Shown: positions 49,601 to 62,100, counted from the stretch's first letter. The stretch: DNA of 64,000 nucleotides from Eutreptiella sp. 'Long Island Sound 2002' (GCA_964036045.1 OZ038378.1:15004001-15068000); one strand, 5' to 3'. Notes: generated by a model from the sequence alone, not told the origin. Made by a program: numbers and translations.

Positions 49601-50113
49601 AGCTATTTTTGAAGACGGTCGTCCCGAAGATTTGTCGCGAACACCGGTGTGTCATGTAGGCATGTCCAATGAGGGCCGTTCTTCTTCCATGGTGATTGGG
49701 CTATGAGATGATTGTAACTAGGTGTTCAATGAGGCGTCTCTCCTGCCGTGGTACCATGTGGTGGTCCACTTTGAGGTGGAAATGGGCCGCTTTTCAACGA
49801 GGTTCCAGAGAACCGTCGGGACCCCGCTCAGTTTGTATCATCTTCCCACACTTTTGAACTGAAACACATTGAATCATTCGTGAGACGAGCTTGGTCCTAG
49901 TCGCAATTCTTGATCACGGCTTCTTATTCTTTGGTAAAAACTATCCTCAACAAACAACAGGACACCGAACCTTTGTCCCTTTGGGGGGGAGGGTTGGACA
50001 GGGGGGGGGGGGGTGTACACGGTGCAACAACCTTGCCATGGTGCCATGTTGTGAGAATCCTAGTAGGGTGGTGCATGGGTCCACATTGTGAGAATTCTGG
50101 TTGGGGTGAATTA

Positions 50114-50900
50114 CGGGGGGGGGGGTTCGCCTGGGAACAATTTCGCCGGGGAAAATTTCGCTAGGGGAAAATTTCACCACCCTTGAAATCCGAAAAGCTT
50201 GGAGTGCCATACAGGCTCCCAATTCCTGCCCCTGCTGGCCCCTGCCGGTTTTTAGTCTGATGCTTGCCATGGCTCTGAGTGTCCCAATTTCTGCCCTGAT
50301 GCTTGCCATGGCTCCGAGTGTCCCAATTTCTGCCCTGCAAAGCGAAAAGACATGCACCAGACAGAGAGTCCAACATTGCAACACATTGCCACAAAATGGT
50401 CCCAAAATTGTGTTTTCCGAGAGGAGCCAAGCGCGCCTACGAACGTGCCTGAGCCAACCGTTTCTTGAGCAACTTCATGAATTCTGGTGCGGCTTATCCG
50501 GCAACTGGTGCTGAAGGTGCTGGCTTCTTTTTCAAGGCATCAACGATCCTTAATGCATGCCCATCCAAGACACCACACATTTTTGGCGCTGCATTATTAA
50601 TAAGAGTGAGCTCCTTCATGCATGCAATGTCAGCATTAAGGATTGCCGATGCCTTCAAAAAGAAGCCAGCAACTCCAGCACCAGTTAGCCAATCTTCAAA
50701 TTCATGCATTTGAGCAAGAAACAGTTGGCTCAGGCGCGTTCATAATCGCGCCTGGCCCTTCTCAGGAAACTGAAAACCTGCAGCTGTGGTGAAGGATTGA
50801 ACTGTTACGCCAAAGTTTCGCCAGGGAAAATTTTCGCCGCCTTTCTTAACGGCGAAATTTTCCCCGTGAAATTCTCCCCTGGCGAAATCCCCCCTCCCCG
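50114..50900. mobile_element. MITE/foldback element, 787 bp, TA-flanked, with terminal inverted repeats and a long internal hairpin
   Basis: TA|CGGGGGGGGGGGTTCGCC ... GGCGAAATCCCCCCTCCCCG|TA; subterminal TTTCGCCRGGGGAAAA-like repeats; internal arms 50431-50556 and 50633-50751. Confidence 0.8.
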
Positions 50901-51252
50901 TACAGGCAGGCATTCGGTGGACACATTCTTTGTCGTACCCACATGCATGGCCTTGTCTAAGGGGGAATCCTTGCACTGCGCGCTACTTTTTGACTATGTT
51001 CCCCCCGAAGAGCCCCCAGGCACACACACCTGGGAAATGCCCTTAGAATTAGGTGACCCAAACTGCCCCGGCTCAAGAAAAATGCAAACTACCTTCCCTT
51101 CACATAACACACATCATGCACAACAGGAAAAGCCATGAACGGCGCATTGGTCGCCACCCTCAACAACACACAATTGTCTTTCTGTTCCATTGTCAACTAG
51201 GTACACATTGAGAATACGCAACTTGTGTGCACAACATGACACAGTTGCAGAA

Positions 51253-52089
51253 TTAAAGAAATGTCACATTGTCACATGTGTGTGTGTCAATGCAATCCGT
51301 ACAATATTGCGGTTCACACTTGTCACACATGGACATCTTTTCAGGGTCAGACTTGTTGCAACAAAGGGCACATACATCCCCATCATCACCCACAACATCC
51401 TCATCATCATTGTCCTCCTATGTAGGTGCGGTCCATCCATGTGCAGGTATGTGTTCCCACGGACCATATGGAGGGTACCGTACCTGTCTTCGAATCAAAA
51501 GTTGCTGCAAATGCAAGAGTACACGCACGTACTCATGCAACTCCGTACCGGATCCCCTCCATATGTTCCTTACGATGCCCCAGTGCCACATGCGTGCAAA
51601 CAAGTGCTCAATATGTGCCCTATAGAAACTATGAACATCATTGTACTCCTTTTGTCGCTCGGTCAACATCTTTCGACCGATAAATGGCCATGCCACACCA
51701 CTTGAAGACACCTTTGAAGATGTCTTTGCCTAAGGTTTAGGGGCTGGTTTGGGCTGAGGCAACTTCAAATTCTTGGGAATGAAATTGCCTTGCATGTGGT
51801 CTCTTGTAAAATACAACTTCCCCTCAAACACATGGGCCATTCCCCACACACCTCGTGGCTGCACTACATTTTGTACCGAATTCAAATTAGGTACCAAATT
51901 AATACGGTCCCTACGCCTACTGTAACTTGGACAAGGGCGTAGCTTGTACAAGGGGGGGGGGGGGGTAAGAACGAACACGGTGCACACTTGCCCACCAAGC
52001 CTCCTCAGAGCACCCAGTTGCTCCAGAGAGGAGATGAGCACGCCATGCCTTGACACAAACATGCTACGCCTTGCCATGCCTTGACCCAA
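51253..52089 (-). pseudogene. DDE_Tnp_4 (Harbinger/ISL2EU-like) transposase remnant with a C-terminal Cys-rich finger
   Basis: PFIGRKMLTERQKEYNDVHSFYRAHIEHLFARMW; a single frame broken by TAG at 51730 and 51418 and ending VCALCC...CDKC...CTDCIDTHTC. Confidence 0.7.
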
Positions 52090-52880
52090 ACGTGCTACGC
52101 CTTGCTATGCCTTGACCCAAAAATGATGCCATGATGCCCCTAGGGGACCCTAGTATCTCAAAGTATGGGTCTCTAGTACGGCTAGACGCTGCGCTTAAGA
52201 CGCCCCCTAAGCACGGGGATTGAGCATGGACACCTGACATCACACTGCTTACAGTTTGTGGGGGGTGTGATGCTTGTGGTGACAGCCATCGTCGGATAGT
52301 GGCTAAATACGGCGTGCCTCTATGTTTTTCTGATTTTGGTTGTTCTTCCCCAAGTTGTTCTTTTTGTTTCGAGCCAACACACCCTCGTTGTGTCCGGCAT
52401 TTGACTACTACATTACAACATTCTTTATTGGACCAAGCAAACATGGTAGACAGGTGTCCTTCACATGTGCCAATTGGGAATTTGCACCTGCTACCACCAA
52501 AGCCCATCAGAGTGTGGTTAGAGCCTTCATTGGAGGTAATAGATAAACATGTAGCTTGTTGGTCCAAAGATGCGGGGATAAAGTAGCCTTCCATCTCATT
52601 GTGACTCCATGACCTGCAACTAGTTTGCAATCACGAAAGGCAAGGTGTCGTTCCCTGTTGTCACTGCTTGTACAGTATGATGGGTACATTTGAGCCCCCC
52701 AAACCCTTTTGCCATTGTGTTCTCTGAGGGGGGGGGGGTCACCTCGGTCACCAGCAATTTGTAAGGGGCAAACCTTCAAGGTTGCATATGAGGGAATCTC
52801 TTTTGGGTATTACCAATGGAGGAGGAGTTGAATGAGCACATTGGTATCCCCCCCCCCGCCCCATTGTAAGCTGCGGCGAA

Positions 52881-53216
52881 GTACCAAATCGATACGGTCC
52901 CTATGCCGACTGTAGCTTGGACAAAGCCGTAGACACCCAGGTTAAGAAACACAAGATTGCATGGTGAGTTGGTGCAAGAAAATGGAATATAATGCACAAA
53001 TATCCCCAGAATCAGAGCTATGTGGGTTCAATTGGCCAAACACTCATAACAAATGTGTCCGTGACTATGTAGCTGGCAAATTTGTCACCAAACGCGTGTC
53101 TTATGTGGCTGCACTACATTTGTACCAAATCAAATTAGGTACCAAATTAATACAGTCCCTACGCCCGCTGTAGCTTGGAGAAGGGCGTGGCTTATACAAG
53201 AGGGTTGGGGGGGGTA
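52881..53216. repeat. Two further partial copies of segment 51855-51965
   Basis: GTACCAAAT..ATAC.GTCCCTA.GCC..CTGTA.CTTGGA recurs at ~52881 and ~53105. Confidence 0.8.
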
Positions 53217-55975
53217 ATTGCGAAACCCCATAGACAAGTGATAGCACTGGATGTAGTGTGCCCATTGGAGTAGGATGAGGTCCCTTGAATGCCCCTCATC
53301 ACGTTTTGGTTACAACTTTGGAGGCAAACTGTTGAAAAGTTGCGGACCAAGCCCTTGAACCAGTGAGCCATTCATTGATGAAGCGTCTTCTTGGAGAAGC
53401 ATTTGTGTTGTGCCTGGATGATACTTGTGCCTCACTTCCCTGGGGTCACTAGCATAAGCCCCTCCTGATCCCCCCTTTGCCATAATGAATGTTGCCAGCA
53501 GCCATGCCTCTTCGACCTCTTCTGGTGTGTATCTGGCTCTGTAGTGCCTTTATGTGTTTTCCGATTTTCGCGTTTGGTGACAGCACTACCCCTGCGACAA
53601 GTGGATCATCAGTTGGAAGCTGTTCCCTATTTTTTTTGGCTCAGACCAAGATGAGCTGGCGTCGCCTGCTCACTTCGCAGTACTCAAGGTAACCCCTCGG
53701 GATCAAGGTTCAGAGCTGTTCAGTACTAAGATGATCCCACAGATGACTGTGGTAGCGGATCTGACACGTAGTGAGGATTAGCTGAGTCTGAAACCAGGTT
53801 ACCAGACCAGTTGGCAGCTGTTCCCTATGTTGCGTTTGTTGGCTTACGTGTGCCAATTGCCAATTGCCTGGCCACGGGGGTGCTTTTTCATGCAATCAGT
53901 TCTCACCTGTGGCAGTTCTTTGCTTCTTTGTCCAAGCATCTCTCGATGCAGGTCAGGCACACGTGTGTGTATGTGTGCGCGTGCTAGCACAGAGAGGGGA
54001 TGCAGATGGGGAGGGGGGGGGGGGTTGCGCGGTGGGTCGCTGGGGGGGGGGAGGGGGCACCCAAACCTAAATGGTATCCTGTGCTGGGCGGCTGCAAAGC
54101 GGTGCAAGCCCTGTATGCCATCAAGTGGAGAATGAAGGCTGCGCAGGCCGCACAGCACTTGCCTTCCCCTCCTCCGAGTCTGGAAGCACGCACGTGCCAA
54201 CAACATGCAGCACTCGCTTGCGCCACGTGCAGATGTCTATTCAGGTGCAGATGTCTATTCAGATCAGCACACCATACACAGGGATATTTGGCCGGATAGC
54301 CATTGTCCTTTCAATGTGGCCCACCTAAATACCTGCGATGTGTGAAGTTCTGATTCTGTAGATGGGGTGGACAACAGACAAAAGCGGCTCTCAATTCAGA
54401 ACAAATATGCCTGCCACCTCATGGATCTCCCTCATAAGTAATACAAGACTGCAAAGCGCGTGGTGTCCCCAGAAAGGGCACAAACATAGAGCCAAGAATA
54501 GTGAATATTGGCGGTACAACAGCAAGCTGCCGTGCTCATGGGACAGACAATGCCTTTATTGAGGTGTATTTACACAAGAAGACAGAAAAGATGTGCCTGC
54601 GGTCCATTTAAGACCTGTTTCCTCTGCACCATTTGATTTCATGTCTGCGTGAGGCCCTTACGGCTTAAGGCCTACTGGATCAAAAAAAGGCGAGGCACTG
54701 ACAAGTGTCTGGGCGGAAGGGGCAGGGGGTGGCAAGGAGAGCATACTTTTGGAACCAGCAATCCGGCAGCTGCAACTGCCGAAACATTTTTAATCGACTG
54801 CAGTCCACTACAGTCGAAGAGAAGCCAGGAAGGGTTGGAGGTTGTTCGTCCCTGGGCCTGTGTGAAGCACTGAAACATGCAGTGTCAGTTCACCTCGGCC
54901 GTCAGGAGACCACTTCAGTCCCTGTAAACTGACCACCAGGGCATTCCTGACCGGAAAAAGGGGAGGGGTTCCATAAAGGCCGGTTGAGCGCCACGTGATA
55001 CCATCATGCCCATGCCATATCTGTTGTGTGACCTAATTCGGTTGATCAAGGTCGTTCGTGTCTGATCACGCATGGGGTTGGAGAGTGCAGTTTTGTGGGT
55101 GGGAGAGGAATGGTAATCCCACTGCTCACAATGCAGCACATTGCCCTAGTGGCACCCAGTCCCCTACTAGCACCAGCAGGCTTCCCATGGGGTCATTGAG
55201 GATACATTGTGCACCGAGCGTGCACTGGGCAAACCTGTAGGTTTGAAGCCCCTGCCCAGCACTATCCCACACACTCCTAAGCCTGCCCTGCTTTTGGAAC
55301 CCTGATCCAAGGGGGGTTAGGGGGCCGTGTGAGTCCTGCGCACTTGCAGCAGTCGGTGTGCATTTTGTTGCACTTGACACAATTTTGCATTCAGAGGCAG
55401 GTCCATCACCCCCGTATGGGGCCATGGAAATATGTTCCCCCTCACGTGTCAAGCACTTCTGATGCAACCAACACGAATGCTTAGCAAGATGGTTGGGGGG
55501 GATGAGGTTGATGTTTGTGCTTTGTGCTGTAAAAAGCACACCACCACACTTGTGGACTTTGTGGTGAATGTTATGCATTTGGGCTTGATTTGGCTGGTAG
55601 GATGACAATTTTCTAGACTGCTTTGGGCTTGTCTTGAGTATGGTAAATCAGGGATGATAAATCTGGGACCGGATTCTCGGACACTCACACAAAAGTAGTG
55701 TGCTGGGCGCAAGCTGGGCAAACGTACCCCCATTCTCAGGACCTTGAAATCTGGAGGTTGCTCTCCACCACCACTGATGGAATGGGAATCGTCACACAGG
55801 GCCAGGGGGTTCTGGTTCACCAACTGTTACCTGTCAGCAGAGGCACTTTGCATATGGGGCTGTTGGTGGAGTGTTTGCGCGGCCATCAGCAGTCCTCATG
55901 GGCTCATCCTCGGGCCGAGGATCCTTGGACTCAAGGGGGGGGGGGTCCGTGGATCCCAGCAGCAGGGCCTCAGCT

Positions 55976-57754
55976 CTATTTCACTTCGACCCATGAAGGG
56001 GTTTTTTCCACTTTGCGCTGCTTCACCATCTCCCACTCAGGGGCCTCTGCATGGCGTTTGGGACTGTGGCTGAAGTCTCGGGGCTGAAATGCCGACAGAG
56101 CCTCCTGCGCCATGATGAGGATGTCCCCGTCCTTTAGTTTGGCATCCCTTGGTCGGGCCCCCCAGCTCAATGCCTCCATCCCCCCGTACCGACACACAAA
56201 CTGCTTAAGCGAGTGCGTCTCCTGGTAAAGATGGGTCACGCGGGGGCACTTGTCTTTCCATTCCCCAGCGACACGCGACAAGGGATTCGTGGTCAGCCAA
56301 ATCGTTTTGACTTGCGAAAGCGTTTGGTTGGGCAACAGCCGGAAAGACCCAATATATAACAGGCAGTCCTGGGCCGATGACCCCTGGGCCTTGGTGTCTC
56401 TGGAGACGAAATACTTCACGAACACCGTCACAACGTCCGCGCGTTCGTAAAGCGGGTGGTCGTCAGGGAAGTCGTCACGGTCGAATGGCTCCACGTAAAT
56501 CATGCGGTCCAGGGTCCGGGAGACCTCAATGCGCATCGGGTGCACGGAAATGCTCACCATCCACTGGTACTCGTTGTGGTCCATCCCGTTCCAGCCTGCC
56601 TCAAAAGACCACAGGCGCCTGCCACCCTCCCCAACCGCCTGCCCAACCGTCAGAGCCGCCAGCCGGCAAAACGTCGCAGTGTCACAGTTTGCAGCGGCTT
56701 GGAATGTCAAGGGCTCCCGCAGGGTCTGCACAGAGCCCACGGGCAGCGAAAGCCCCCGATTTAAGAGGCCAGCGACGGGCCCAACGGCCCGATGGTGCTC
56801 CACGAGATACTCATCGGTAATGATGGTCCACGTCTCCTGCTCATCATATGGCACTCTGGGCAGGGCCTGCTCTGCACGCATCCACGAGGGTAGGTACCAA
56901 CACACTGCTTTCATACGGAGGATGTCCAGGAGCTGGCTCTGCGTCAGCAGCTTGTAGGACTCCAACGTCTTGAACACTCCGTCACGCGTGACGAGGCCCC
57001 AATGGATGCCGCTCCACAGGAGGTCCAAAACGTCAGGCCGGCTGCGATCCTCGAACACTTTGTGGTCCTCATATACCCACTCTGCCGCCAACATGAAGCG
57101 CTCGTCTTCCGACCAGCCCAGTTTGGGGTGGGCAAGCACTTCCCGGAGGAACGGCGCGCCAAATGACCTCCATGTCCGCATGTATAGTGCCCGATCCAGA
57201 TCAAGTGGCTGCAGGAGGCGCTGGACCCATGGCACACTGAGCTCTTTGCTGTCCATGGCAGCATTCAGCACGTGCAGCAGCTCACGGGAAGAGTGCTCGT
57301 TGTACTCCAACATCGCCAGCCCCGTGAGACACTGCTCCGCATACTCAGCCAGCATGTACTTGTCGCATAGCACAAACATCGGGATGGCTTGCTCAGGCTT
57401 CAGCATGCAGCCCCCAGCGTACAGTAGTTCCAGAAACAGCCGGAAGATATCAGGAGACGCATCAGTCACGTGCACTGTTCTAGTGGAGGCCTCTAAGGAG
57501 TTGTGTTGGAAACCAACTGTCAGCTGTGGACAGCGGTTTGCCAAAATAAGGGAATGGACTCGGAACACGCAGGGACTCATCATGTGCGGCCCCGTCAAGA
57601 CAATGCTGCAGTCAGCAGTGGACTCGTCCTTCAGGATTCCAAGGAAGTCTTCCAAACGTTTGGAGAGACCGATTTGGATATACGTCCTCCATTCGGGAGG
57701 CGTCCAGTGCGGGTCTGGGGCAAGAGGGTCTGGATACTTGCAGTAGACAATCAT
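55976..57754 (-). CDS. BTB/POZ-BACK protein with C-terminal USP7-like ubiquitin-like domains, ~592 aa, intronless
   Basis: ADCSIVL ... FRVHSLILANRCP ... FRLFLELLYAG (BTB); WSEDERFMLAAEWV (BACK-like); VFVKYF ... LLYIGSF ... LYQET ... LKDGDILI resembles USP7 UBL units. The start is taken at the ATG of MIVYCK. Confidence 0.8.
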   Translation of the reverse strand: MIVYCKYPDPLAPDPHWTPPEWRTYIQIGLSKRLEDFLGILKDESTADCSIVLTGPHMMSPCVFRVHSLILANRCPQLTVGFQHNSLEASTRTVHVTDASPDIFRLFLELLYAGGCMLKPEQAIPMFVLCDKYMLAEYAEQCLTGLAMLEYNEHSSRELLHVLNAAMDSKELSVPWVQRLLQPLDLDRALYMRTWRSFGAPFLREVLAHPKLGWSEDERFMLAAEWVYEDHKVFEDRSRPDVLDLLWSGIHWGLVTRDGVFKTLESYKLLTQSQLLDILRMKAVCWYLPSWMRAEQALPRVPYDEQETWTIITDEYLVEHHRAVGPVAGLLNRGLSLPVGSVQTLREPLTFQAAANCDTATFCRLAALTVGQAVGEGGRRLWSFEAGWNGMDHNEYQWMVSISVHPMRIEVSRTLDRMIYVEPFDRDDFPDDHPLYERADVVTVFVKYFVSRDTKAQGSSAQDCLLYIGSFRLLPNQTLSQVKTIWLTTNPLSRVAGEWKDKCPRVTHLYQETHSLKQFVCRYGGMEALSWGARPRDAKLKDGDILIMAQEALSAFQPRDFSHSPKRHAEAPEWEMVKQRKVEKTPSWVEVK

Positions 57755-58769
57755 GAGGCTCAACAATTGGCAAATCCACAGAGTACACTGGCGCAGGCCA
57801 TGCTGCAGCCCATCACTTACATACAAAGCTGAAGTGCAGGGGCATTGATGGGGCCAGGGGCAGGAGCAGGGCACTGGCAGGGTTGGAGGCAGCCATAGGG
57901 GCAGCCTCAGGGGCAGAATGGAACTTGGATGATACTCTCGCACACTGCAGGCAGTGCAGGCTGGGAATAATTCTCTTACACCCCAAAATCACCAAACCCA
58001 ACAAAATTTGAAAAAGAAAGAAAACTCCACTATCCAACATCCATTTGGGATACTTGTCCACAAAATGGGTACCAAGGGGATGCGACAATGGCTCACTGCG
58101 AAGGAACGACCATGGCCCCAGCTCAAGGTGGTAAGCGTGGTCCATCCATTCCACTGGCTGGCTTTTTCCGCGGGTGCCCCAAAGGCGCACCGCAGGCACC
58201 GGAAGGGGGTTCCTCCCTTTGGTCAACCCTTATCAACGTTCATTGACCTTGAGACCCTTGACAGACAATGCTGACCCTGATTCGCAAGCGAAGCACGTTC
58301 TTTCCACCAATTGAATACTTGAATTTCACTAATTTTTTGCGTTGGGCAATTTGATTGTCGGGTGCAAAATTTGTGTGCTGCCACCAAAAAGCTACAAAAA
58401 TTGGTGTGTTCGATTTTTTGGCAAATTGCAATTTTCGCATTGGTATTGCACACTCAAGACAGTTCTTGGAAACATGGGCGACTCCAGCATATGATACAGT
58501 GGATCCCCGCAATGCGGGGCACGTGGTACAGACCCAAAGTTCATATGCGTATACCAGAGAGCTCTCTGGTGCGGTAGGTGACCGCCACGCCAGTAGGCAA
58601 CCTGTAAAATGAGTAATTGCATAGAATACGTGTCCCTCAACCGGGTTGATGGTGTAGAGGGGCGCCCTGAGCCGTAAGTGCCGGGTATTGCAGCGATGAG
58701 GGAGGGGAACAACACGGAGGCTACGTGGTAGGCATCGTCACAGACCCCGAGTGGTCACAGAATGACCTA

Positions 58770-59430
58770 TTGAGCCTGTTTGTGGATTGTGAGTCCGTAT
58801 TCCCAGCTCGAGGGGCCATTCAATTTGTGGATTGTGAGTCCGCATCCCCAACTCAAGAGGCCACAAATTTGTCAAGATTTTTTTTGTATTCCCGTGCGTT
58901 GTCAAGATCAAAATGTGGCTACACCAAGAAAAGTGAAAAATGGCTAGTCATTGGTGGGGGATTGGCCCAAAAAGATGCCCGGCGCACTAACGCTCCCCCA
59001 AGAGCCGAAATTACCAGTGCTCTGCTTGCCCGGCCCTCCCTTTGGAATTCCCGGCGCTTTGGCCGGCAACTTGGCCACCGAATTTCCAAGCCTTTGGTGC
59101 CGGTGGGCTTGGGGGCCGAGTTGAAAACAAAATTACCAAGGTCCGCCCCCAGTGCCCCTCACTAGCACAAGGCTAGGAACGATTGTAGTGGGCGTTGTGT
59201 TGCTGTGTGCTGTGCGCCTCCGGCACTCGAGGCGCCAAAACAAGGTGCAGTAACAACAAGGTGCAGTATTGGGAAGAGGATAGTGGCAAACTCAATAATA
59301 AAAAAAATGAACCCGGCTAAAGGGCCACTCCATTTGTGGATTGCTTGGTGTGAATATGGGGTGAGGCAAGGCAGGATGGGAGTCGAAAATGGTCATGGGT
59401 GGGGAACAGGCCAAAAAAAGATGCCTGGCG
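58770..59430. repeat. Dispersed repeat (TTTGTGGATTGTGAGTCC / CAAAAAGATGCCCGGC), also at 16880-17040 and 49150-49230
   Basis: Direct sequence similarity between the listed positions. Confidence 0.75.
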
Positions 59431-60449
59431 TGCCAATGCCCCCCCCCCCCCCTGCACGCTGGGCTGTAGGCTTGGCTGCCACCTGGGCAGCAGATTTGGC
59501 TGCACTCTTGGCTGAGGGTTTGGCACAAGGTTTGGCAGCTTTGGGGGCAGGCTTGGCAGGGGGCTTGGCAGGGGGTTGCAGCCACTGTGGCAAGCAGTTT
59601 GCCTCCAGAACATCGCATTTTCCAAAAACATTTACCAATCCCCATACACCTCATCCTTATCACCCAATGGCTCAACGACAGAGGCAAGCCAGTCCAAAAA
59701 GATTTCTCCACGTGCTGCCCAAAGCGCTGATTTATTTCTGCCTCATCACACCCCTGTGCAAACGCCATTGGGCGGGCTGATGCACCCTCACCCCCCCCCC
59801 CCCGGGTCCTCCCCCCCCCGGGGAAGACGTTACCCCCCACCCCCCCACCCCCGGGGGACGGTCACAAAGCGACGGTCCCCCCCACCCCAGTTCTAGTGTG
59901 ACCTAAAGAAAATTTTTCTTCCACGCCTAGTATTTCCTATGCTTTTTCGGCCAACTGACAGGCCCCCACCCACCCCCTGGGGAAGGACACAGGGCAGGGA
60001 AGGACACGCAGGGGAAGGGTACATGAAAAAACACAATGCACTACAAACTGTACACCCTGAGTACGTGTCAATATGATCGACATCCATGGCTGAAATTGCG
60101 AAAAACTGAAGTGTTCTGCATGATACAGGTTACAGTGTGGTGCCTCGGATGCAAGTCTGAGTACACAGCAATTCACCAATAATACCACCTTGTCCTGCGA
60201 GCAAAAGCACAGCAGAAGCTCAATGTCCAATATTCTGAGAAAATTTGCAAAACGGAAAGTGACGGTTCCCTCGCCCTCCCCCCCCCGTTACTATGTAAGG
60301 GCGGCTACTATGCAGGGGGGGGGGGGTTACTTCTTGTACTCCAGGAAAAGGGGGGGGGGGTCCATAAAGGCTGGTTGCCATGTAATACAACCAATATCCC
60401 GCAAATCTGCACTTTTCACTTCCCTTCCCCACTTCTGATCGACATAAGC

Positions 60450-62100
60450 GACCTAATCAACAAAAGCAGACAGCAGACGAGATACGCCACCGCAGGCTTC
60501 GCGTACAGTCATTCCATGACTGCGATGCTCAGAGGGTGCTCAACAGTCCAGTGGGGGGTGCTGTAGTTTTGACAGGTCGGGATCAGGGTGCCACAGACAT
60601 GTCAACATCAAATCGAAGAACCACTGAGCACACTCGTCGGGATTTGTAGGGTGGGTGGCGCTGAAGTCTCCTGTGTGTGTCCGCAAGTATAGCCTCATGG
60701 ACTGAGGAGGGTGCACACTTGCCAATTGCTTCCAGCTTGGAGATGTGTACCCCCCACAGCAGGCTCTCATAGTGCAACAGGTCTAACAATCCTTGCCAAC
60801 AGGCCTAAAAACCATTCACGAGCCCTGAAAATAGACAGATAATGCGCTCAGCAATACAATCATAGCTCCCGTGTGAATGAGATGATGGATTTCCCTTCAC
60901 AGATATGCAATCAAGGATGCAGCCAACTGAGGCGCACCATCCACCGATTGAAGCGGCGTGTGAGCATTTTCTCGCCCATGCATCTTGTTGAGGCATTGTT
61001 TGGATGCATCCGTTCGAGGGCGCACATCTTTTGAATGGTTGTAGGTCTGACTTCCTTCCATTCTTTGGCTACTCACCTGTCATGCATACAAAGCCCTCTC
61101 AAATTATCAACATCCCTGAGTAGCTCCAGACAACAAGTCAACTCTCTAGGATTTGGAAGTCCACACGCCTAGGCAACTCCTGCATAGGCAACATGCAATA
61201 TGCAATATTGTTCAAACAAAGACCACAAGCACTTCCATCCATGATATACTTCCCCTTTATAACCAAAATAATCTTGTGTGTCTAACTAGCAACACTTTGA
61301 AGCTCCAAAATAAGCCAAAACATGGGATTCTTCAACAAAAAACCCTTCCAGGGGCCAAGATTCTTCGTTCCCAAAACGGGGGCCTTAACATGGTCAGGTT
61401 GCAGTGTCCGCATTAGGCTCTGGCCGCGCTTGCCCTGCGACTGTCATTGCCTTCTGTCCCTGGTGCCAATGTACGGCACTTCCGCTGGGCGTTCAGTCAG
61501 CCGGTGCTCATCCCTCGACCCTGCCTCCACTAGCTACACTAGTGCTTCGGGCTCTATTGGGTTAGGCGTACATACCGGTCAGGGGTCACTCCCTCCCCGT
61601 GTTGCTATGTCAGCTGGCCCCATTCAGCCTCGTGTGGTCGGGCTGGTACGGGGCCTTAGGTTGAAAAACCTAGTGGGTCCAAGTCTGGTTAAAGTCAGTT
61701 TACACACAACATGCAACATTGAGGGGGTGAAACAGCACGACCCTTCCGTGCTGCATGACACCGATGAAGCCGTGGAGGGAGAGGTCGGCGCCGACTCGTC
61801 CGAGCGGACCCCCTATGACGAGGTCGAAAAGCTGAGATTGCGGGGGAGAGGGGGTTCCTCGCCCTCCATTGCCACCTCCAGCGATGCCAGCAGTTGTACG
61901 GACGCTTGGGGCGACATGGGGAAGAAGGGGTGTGGGGTGCGGAACGTTGTGCGTGGCGGCCCCACTTGGTACGGCGTGGCGGCTGCGGCGTACATCGAGG
62001 GGGTCCGGTCTACCCTATTGGCCGTAGTGGGGTGCACTGCAGACCACAGTGCATCAGTCCCTGGCGTGGGCCTCCTGGCCCTTTTGGAGGCCTGAACCGG
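60450..62100 (-). pseudogene. Decayed LINE fragments related to 37590-38300 and 25340-25518
   Basis: Nucleotide similarity (GCATTAGGCTCTGGC, GCGTACAT, GTCTGGTTAA) to the other copies. Confidence 0.5.

Noticed and set aside
5438-51732. Genome-wide reassignment of UAG to an amino acid
   Set aside because: The long intact ORFs (SOD, BTB, gag, RT) contain many TGG codons and no internal TAG. The broken positions correspond to both Trp and probably Gln, so mutation explains them better.
56377-57832. Plus-strand ORFs over the BTB gene
   Set aside because: Antisense shadows of a GC-rich CDS.
61322-62095. 257-aa plus-strand ORF
   Set aside because: It lies within a repeat whose other copies are not open; probably a chance frame in a LINE relic.
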